From the UHGV virus genome UHGV-0140021: a stretch of DNA of 20,318 nucleotides. The stretch is one strand, 5' to 3'. This document shows, in pieces, positions 16,348-20,318 of this stretch. The number at the start of each line of letters is the position of its first letter. The first letter of the stretch is position 1. Below the pieces are notes generated by a model. That model was not told the origin of the DNA, did not search any database, and worked only from the letters and a program-made list of their open reading frames with translations. The position numbers were made by a program, and so were the translations under genes. The stretch is from a virus.

Positions 16348-16380
16348 TTGACAATGTACCCTCAAGGTACATAATGTACC
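16348..16380 (+). promoter_or_regulatory. pL-like early promoter with overlapping operators (oL)
   Basis: TTGACA (16348-16353), 16-nt spacer, CATAAT (16370-16375). Operator TGTACCCTCAAGGTACA (16355-16371) sits between -35 and -10, plus overlapping GGTACATAATGTACC (16366-16380); same half-site as the oR sites. Confidence 0.65.
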
Positions 16381-16661
16381 TATACGAAACAGCGAACAGG
16401 CAGGACGCCCACGAAGTAGCCGCCGGTGACGTATGAATAACCGGATGATTCGCTGACAGGTGTCTTCGGGAGGGGTTACGGGCTGGAGTGACTACCAGCG
16501 TCGACAGCTCTATCCGACGAAACGGAACCGTCTAACCCGCGGTTGTCGGTGAAAAGTACCGTAGGGATGCCAGCTAGTCACTGGCCCCCGCCCGAAGATA
16601 CCTACCACCGCGCCTGATGTGGTTAAAAGCAGGCTAAAGCAATAACAAGTAACTCCATGTT

Positions 16662-16712
16662 CTGGCGGACCGGTGTTTTCCCGTGTATTTCCGGTAACCG
16701 CCAGCCTTTTTC
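16662..16712 (+). terminator. Intrinsic terminator inside the early-left leader
   Basis: CTGGCGGACCGG (16662-16673) pairs with CCGGTAACCGCCAG (16691-16704): 12 bp with a 2-nt bulge and 17-nt loop, followed by CCTTTTTC. Confidence 0.6.
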
Positions 16713-16842
16713 AGATCACAACATGAAAGCGCACTCCTTCACTTACCAGTTATGGGTGACAGGTGTGAAACAAGCGGAGTGCGCTTCCAGTTGAGTATGG
16801 AGAAAGTTCGGCGGTGGCAGCCGCCTTAACGAGGGTAAAACC

Positions 16843-17214
16843 ATGAGTAATGACCGCATGACCGTAGTGCCAGATTTTCTTGGCGAACTGGATGCCGGCG
16901 TGTTCATGAACAAAATCGCGGCAGCACTTAACACCACCGCGCTTGGCGTTCTGAACAACGGCAACAAAGGCAAAGTAGTCCTCACCTTTGATTTTGAGCG
17001 CATGGGTAATTCCGTTGAAGAGAAGCGCGTCAAGATCAAGCACAAGCTGAACTACAGCACCCCAACACCGCGTGGTAAAGCCTCCGAAGAGGACACAACC
17101 GAAACCCCGATGTGGGTCAACAAAGGCGGGAAGCTCACCATCCTGCAGGAAGATCAGGGTCAGCTGTTCGGGATCACTGGCGCGGTGGATGGAAAGCTTA
17201 AAGCGGCTCAGTGA
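16843..17214 (+). CDS. Hypothetical early protein (123 aa), first gene of the early-left operon; possibly YfdP-like
   Basis: ORF with GAGGG SD 9 nt upstream; first gene after the leader; size and context similar to CPS-53 yfdP (recall only). Confidence 0.55.
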   Translation: MSNDRMTVVPDFLGELDAGVFMNKIAAALNTTALGVLNNGNKGKVVLTFDFERMGNSVEEKRVKIKHKLNYSTPTPRGKASEEDTTETPMWVNKGGKLTILQEDQGQLFGITGAVDGKLKAAQ

Positions 17215-17270
17215 TCCGCAACAACAAACTCACTGATACCACTTTGATCATCAGTTAATAAGGAATTTTT

Positions 17271-18098
17271 ATGTCTCAGTTAGACAGCGGTACCTTCAAG
17301 CAGGTCAAAGACCTGGTTCTTTCCGGTTATCACCTGAATGATATTCATGGCCTGGCTTGCCCGACCGCATTACTGCCAGAGGGTACTGGCGTTGAAAGCC
17401 TCGAGCGCTTTTCTCTGGAACGTTTCCGCTTTCGTGGCGAAATGACCACAACCAGTATTGACGACTTCGCACGTTATTCTAAAGGTTACGCCAGCGACAG
17501 TGAACCAGCTCGTTGCTTCATTGACGCTGACAACATGACCGCCCGTTCAGTGTTCAACATCGGCACCCTGGATAATCCTGGTCACGCCGATAACGTTGCT
17601 TCAATCACCCTGAAGAAAACCGCCCCGTTCCGCGCGTTACTGCAGATCGATGGTCAACGTCTGAAACAAAAGCAAATTGCTGAATGGCTGGAAGACTGGA
17701 GCGATTACCTGCTGGCGTTTGATGCTGATGGCAATACGATGCAGATTTCCCAGGCGGCTCAGGCTGTGCGTCGTATCACTATTCAGCAAGCAACACAGCA
17801 GGACCATGAAACTGGTGATTTCGCTGGTAAAAAATCGCTGATGCAAAGCGTTGAAGCAAGCAGCAAAGACGTAATGCCTGTGGCGTTCGAGTTCAAATGT
17901 ATGCCGTATGAAGGCCTGGGCGAACGCCGCTTTAGCTTGCGTAACAGCCTGCTGACTAGCGATGAACCCTGCTTTGTTCTGCGCATTGTCCAACTTGAAG
18001 CTCAGGAAGAAGCGATCGCCAACGAATTCCGCGATTTGCTGATCAGCAAGTTCGAAGGCGAATCAGTGGAAACTTTCATCGGTAACTTTAAAGCCTAA
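17271..18098 (+). CDS. YfdQ-like protein (DUF2303 family), 275 aa
   Basis: AAGGAA SD; length nearly identical to E. coli CPS-53 YfdQ (274 aa) and followed by an HD-domain gene as in the yfdQ-yfdR arrangement. Homology inferred from size and context, not searched. Confidence 0.55.
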   Translation: MSQLDSGTFKQVKDLVLSGYHLNDIHGLACPTALLPEGTGVESLERFSLERFRFRGEMTTTSIDDFARYSKGYASDSEPARCFIDADNMTARSVFNIGTLDNPGHADNVASITLKKTAPFRALLQIDGQRLKQKQIAEWLEDWSDYLLAFDADGNTMQISQAAQAVRRITIQQATQQDHETGDFAGKKSLMQSVEASSKDVMPVAFEFKCMPYEGLGERRFSLRNSLLTSDEPCFVLRIVQLEAQEEAIANEFRDLLISKFEGESVETFIGNFKA

Positions 18099-18110
18099 TT
18101 GCTCTGCATT

Positions 18111-18137
18111 AAATCCCCGGCGCCGCGGGGATTTATT
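18111..18137 (+). terminator. Hairpin with partial U-run after the YfdQ-like gene (possible terminator or attenuator)
   Basis: AAATCCCCG-gcgc-CGGGGATTT followed by ATT; GC-rich stem. Confidence 0.4.
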
Positions 18138-18226
18138 GAAGCGTAATTCCATTAATTATCGCCAACCGGCGAGGGATTCGTGCAACCAAAATCTGCGCGG
18201 TGCAGCGCGCCAATATGGAGAAAGAC

Positions 18227-18766
18227 ATGAGCTACATTCAGACATTTTCCGGTAAAAAATTTAACTACCTGACCGCCACAATCGACGATATCGATGTTGA
18301 GGATATCGCGACTGCTCTTTCCAACATCTGTCGATTCGCTGGGCATCTCCCAGAGTTCTACAGTGTGGCCCAGCACTCTGTGCTTGTAAGCCAGATTGTG
18401 CCGCCAGAGTTCGCCTTTGAAGCGCTAATGCACGACGCTGCGGAGGCATATTGCCAGGATATTCCGGCCCCGCTCAAAGCCTTGCTGCCTGACTACCAGC
18501 GCATGGAAACTTATATTGATGGTCTTATCCGCTTTAAATTCGGTATCCAGCTTGAGCAAGCTGCCGTCGTGAAATATGCCGATCTAACCATGTTAGCTAC
18601 CGAGCGCCGTGATCTGGAAATCGATGACGGTTCGAAGTGGGAAATTCTCGAAGGTATTCCCTGCTCTGATCTCGTTCAGGTTATTCCTCTCCGTCCTGGT
18701 CAAGCCTATGGCCTGTTCATGAATCGCTTTAACGAACTGGTGGAGCTGCGCCAATGCGCCGCATGA
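18227..18766 (+). CDS. HD-domain phosphohydrolase, YfdR-like (5'-deoxynucleotidase family)
   Basis: 178 aa from ATG 18227 (GGAGAAAGAC SD); conserved H...HD residues (AQHS, LMHDAAE) typical of HD-domain nucleotidases; same length as E. coli YfdR. Confidence 0.7.
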   Translation: MSYIQTFSGKKFNYLTATIDDIDVEDIATALSNICRFAGHLPEFYSVAQHSVLVSQIVPPEFAFEALMHDAAEAYCQDIPAPLKALLPDYQRMETYIDGLIRFKFGIQLEQAAVVKYADLTMLATERRDLEIDDGSKWEILEGIPCSDLVQVIPLRPGQAYGLFMNRFNELVELRQCAA

Positions 18767-18929
18767 AGGTAAAAGAACTCGTAGCGGAGGCTTTTGCCTC
18801 CGTTACTGAATTGCCACCAAAGCATGCACCGCTTATGCGCGAAGTCGCCACCAGACTGGAAGCTACGTTCGCAGCATTAAAAGAGTCTCTGGTGCAACTG
18901 GAACAGGAACGTAAAGGTAAAACGCCATG
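18753..18929 (+). CDS. Small hypothetical protein (~58 aa)
   Basis: Hand-translated ORF MRRMKVKELVAEAF...; overlaps the YfdR-like 3' end and its stop overlaps the next ATG (ATGA). Below the ORF-track size cutoff. Confidence 0.35.
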
Positions 18930-19181
18930 ACCGTATTTGAATATCTCCAGGCTCATCCGAATACCACCAGCGGTGAAATCGCCAAAGGTATGAACAAAAA
19001 GACACCCGCGGTCGCTGGCGCATTATCGCAACTCTATGGCACCGGCCGGATCGTGAAGTCTGGTGTTCGCAAGGGCATACCAACATACCGTGTTAACGAT
19101 ATGCCGTTTGGGTGCAGTAACAGCTTAACCATGATGTTTAACCAGCTATTGAATAGCGCCAGACAGGGAGCAGCCCAATGA
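18927..19181 (+). CDS. Hypothetical protein (84 aa)
   Basis: ORF in operon context with overlapping start and stop; no recognisable motifs. Confidence 0.5.
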   Translation: MTVFEYLQAHPNTTSGEIAKGMNKKTPAVAGALSQLYGTGRIVKSGVRKGIPTYRVNDMPFGCSNSLTMMFNQLLNSARQGAAQ

Positions 19182-19564
19182 AAGCACTCAACAAACAGGC
19201 ATACCGAGCTGATGGCGGTGATATTGGAGCAGGGCGTCTCAAAGAGATAGCCGACAACGCATATGGCGATGAAGAAAAGCGCTGGCTGGCGCAACGAGTG
19301 CTGGCGCTGCTGGATGAGAATCTCCAACTACAGCGCGACAAAGATTCGCTTGAAGCAGTTGCGATTGCTATGCGTGACGATATGCGGGAGGCGCGTGAAA
19401 AGCTGGAAGCCGCAGAGAAGCGCGTAGCAGACCACCGTAAGGTGCTAAACAGCCTTGCAGCTGTAGCCCGTCGCTATCTTCCTGATTATGACGAACATCC
19501 TGAAATTCAGGCCGCTGACGAATTACTTGAGAGCGCCGCTGGCATTGGCGTGAAGGGGGAGTGA
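19178..19564 (+). CDS. Hypothetical coiled-coil protein (128 aa), possibly YfdS-like
   Basis: Charged helical sequence; start overlaps the upstream stop. Size close to CPS-53 YfdS (120 aa); not verified. Confidence 0.5.
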   Translation: MKALNKQAYRADGGDIGAGRLKEIADNAYGDEEKRWLAQRVLALLDENLQLQRDKDSLEAVAIAMRDDMREAREKLEAAEKRVADHRKVLNSLAAVARRYLPDYDEHPEIQAADELLESAAGIGVKGE

Positions 19565-20026
19565 ATGCAGATTTCACCAATCACCTTAAAAGTTGCCAAA
19601 GAATTTGTGGCGAAACATCACCGTCACAACAAACCGCCAACAGGACATAAATTTAGTATCGGTCTGAAAAATTCTGATGGTGAATTGATTGGCGTAGCTA
19701 CCGCAGGAAGACCAATAGCCAGGAATTTCGATGATGGCCTTACTCTGGAGGTTAACCGTACTTGCACAACTGGAGAGCGCAACGCTAACAGCGCTCTTTA
19801 TGGAGCAATCTGGCGGGCAGCAAAGGCTATGGGTTATCAGCGCTGCATAACCTACACCCAAGCGGATGAATCCGGGGCATCGCTGCGCGCGGCTGGTTTT
19901 GTCCGGGTTAAGGAACTTCCCGCGAGAAAAGGGTGGGCAGCATCAAGCGTTGCACTGAAAGATAAGCGAGACCCGGTAGGAAATGGTGGTGTTACACGCG
20001 TTCTTTGGGAAATAAGGAGAAGGTAA
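19565..20026 (+). CDS. Hypothetical protein (153 aa)
   Basis: ORF starting immediately after the upstream stop (GGGGGAGTGA ATG); no confidently recognised domain. Confidence 0.5.
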   Translation: MQISPITLKVAKEFVAKHHRHNKPPTGHKFSIGLKNSDGELIGVATAGRPIARNFDDGLTLEVNRTCTTGERNANSALYGAIWRAAKAMGYQRCITYTQADESGASLRAAGFVRVKELPARKGWAASSVALKDKRDPVGNGGVTRVLWEIRRR

Positions 20027-20318
20027 TGGAAAAAATAACCAATGAGCAGTTAGATAGCCTGATTAAATCAGCGGTAAATTCTTCTGGTCCATTGCCTCAT
20101 GACGAGAAATTCTCACAGATAATTTCAGCATTACGAGAATTGCGTACTCATCGTAATTTAATTAACGAACGGGGAAATTTCTCTAAATCAACTAACAACC
20201 ACCCGTCGCACGGTCCTGTATCACTCGATCGCCTGCACCAAATACGCGACCACCTGCAGCATGATACCCAGTACTCAAACGGCGGGAACAGAGCTTACAT
20301 TCTCGCAGATATGTTGAA
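20026..20318 (+). CDS. Hypothetical protein, 5' partial (continues beyond window end); AT-rich gene
   Basis: ATG overlaps the upstream stop (TAATG); frame open for 97 codons to the window edge (MEKITNEQLDSLIKSAVNSS...); visibly more AT-rich than neighbouring genes. Confidence 0.5.
   Translation, partial: MEKITNEQLDSLIKSAVNSSGPLPHDEKFSQIISALRELRTHRNLINERGNFSKSTNNHPSHGPVSLDRLHQIRDHLQHDTQYSNGGNRAYILADML

Larger units (their letters stand above)
1..20318. mobile_element. Lambdoid prophage/phage segment (HK97-like head module, lambda-like immunity and lysis organisation); neither end is in the window
   Basis: Contiguous canonical order of phage modules; tightly packed, translationally coupled genes (many ATGA overlaps); no integrase or att site in the window. 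Confidence 0.85.

Noticed and set aside
16380-16842. tRNA, tmRNA or retron msr/msd hidden in the structured non-coding region
   Set aside because: No GTTCRANYC-type T-loop or cloverleaf arrangement; no reverse-transcriptase gene nearby; the structures look like regulatory hairpins and a terminator instead.
16743-17045. Two minus-strand ~100-aa ORFs overlapping the leader and the first early-left gene
   Set aside because: Antisense to a plus-strand ORF with proper SD; they cross the structured leader and have no promoter or SD context.
17637-19861. Minus-strand ORFs (17637..17993, 17783..17986, 18152..18376, 18261..18449, 18729..18956, 18877..19086, 19034..19327, 19138..19341, 19368..19580, 19586..19861) across the early-left operon
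   Set aside because: Each is antisense to a plus-strand gene that has SD and overlapping start/stop coupling; none has its own signals.
1-20318. CRISPR array, integrase/attachment site or insertion sequence
   Set aside because: No regularly spaced direct repeats with unique spacers, no tyrosine/serine recombinase-like ORF and no terminal inverted repeats or transposase motifs are visible; the only tandem repeats are the ori iterons.

Overview
The window is an internal segment of a lambdoid prophage or phage with an HK97-type head module, in an enterobacterial-like sequence background. All calls rest on reading the sequence and recalled family motifs; no database search was run. Minus strand, read from high to low coordinates: cro-like gene, CII-like regulator, O-like replication initiator containing an iteron origin (apparently split into two ORFs), a coupled N6-adenine and C5-cytosine methyltransferase pair, RusA, a Rha/KilAC antirepressor, a DUF968/HNH protein, a Q-like antiterminator with late promoter and terminator, an 80-aa moron, the lysis cassette (holin, GH19 endolysin, Rz/Rz1), an HNH endonuclease, a putative cos region, small and large terminase, portal, prohead protease and a partial major capsid gene. 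Plus strand: cI repressor (S24 peptidase type) with terminator, a pL-like promoter with 17-bp operators, a ~460-nt highly structured non-coding leader, then an early-left operon resembling the E. coli CPS-53 yfdP-yfdT cluster. The most unusual items are the structured ORF-free leader RNA, the O-like gene broken inside its own origin, and a 644-aa C5-methyltransferase with six repeated TRD-like modules.
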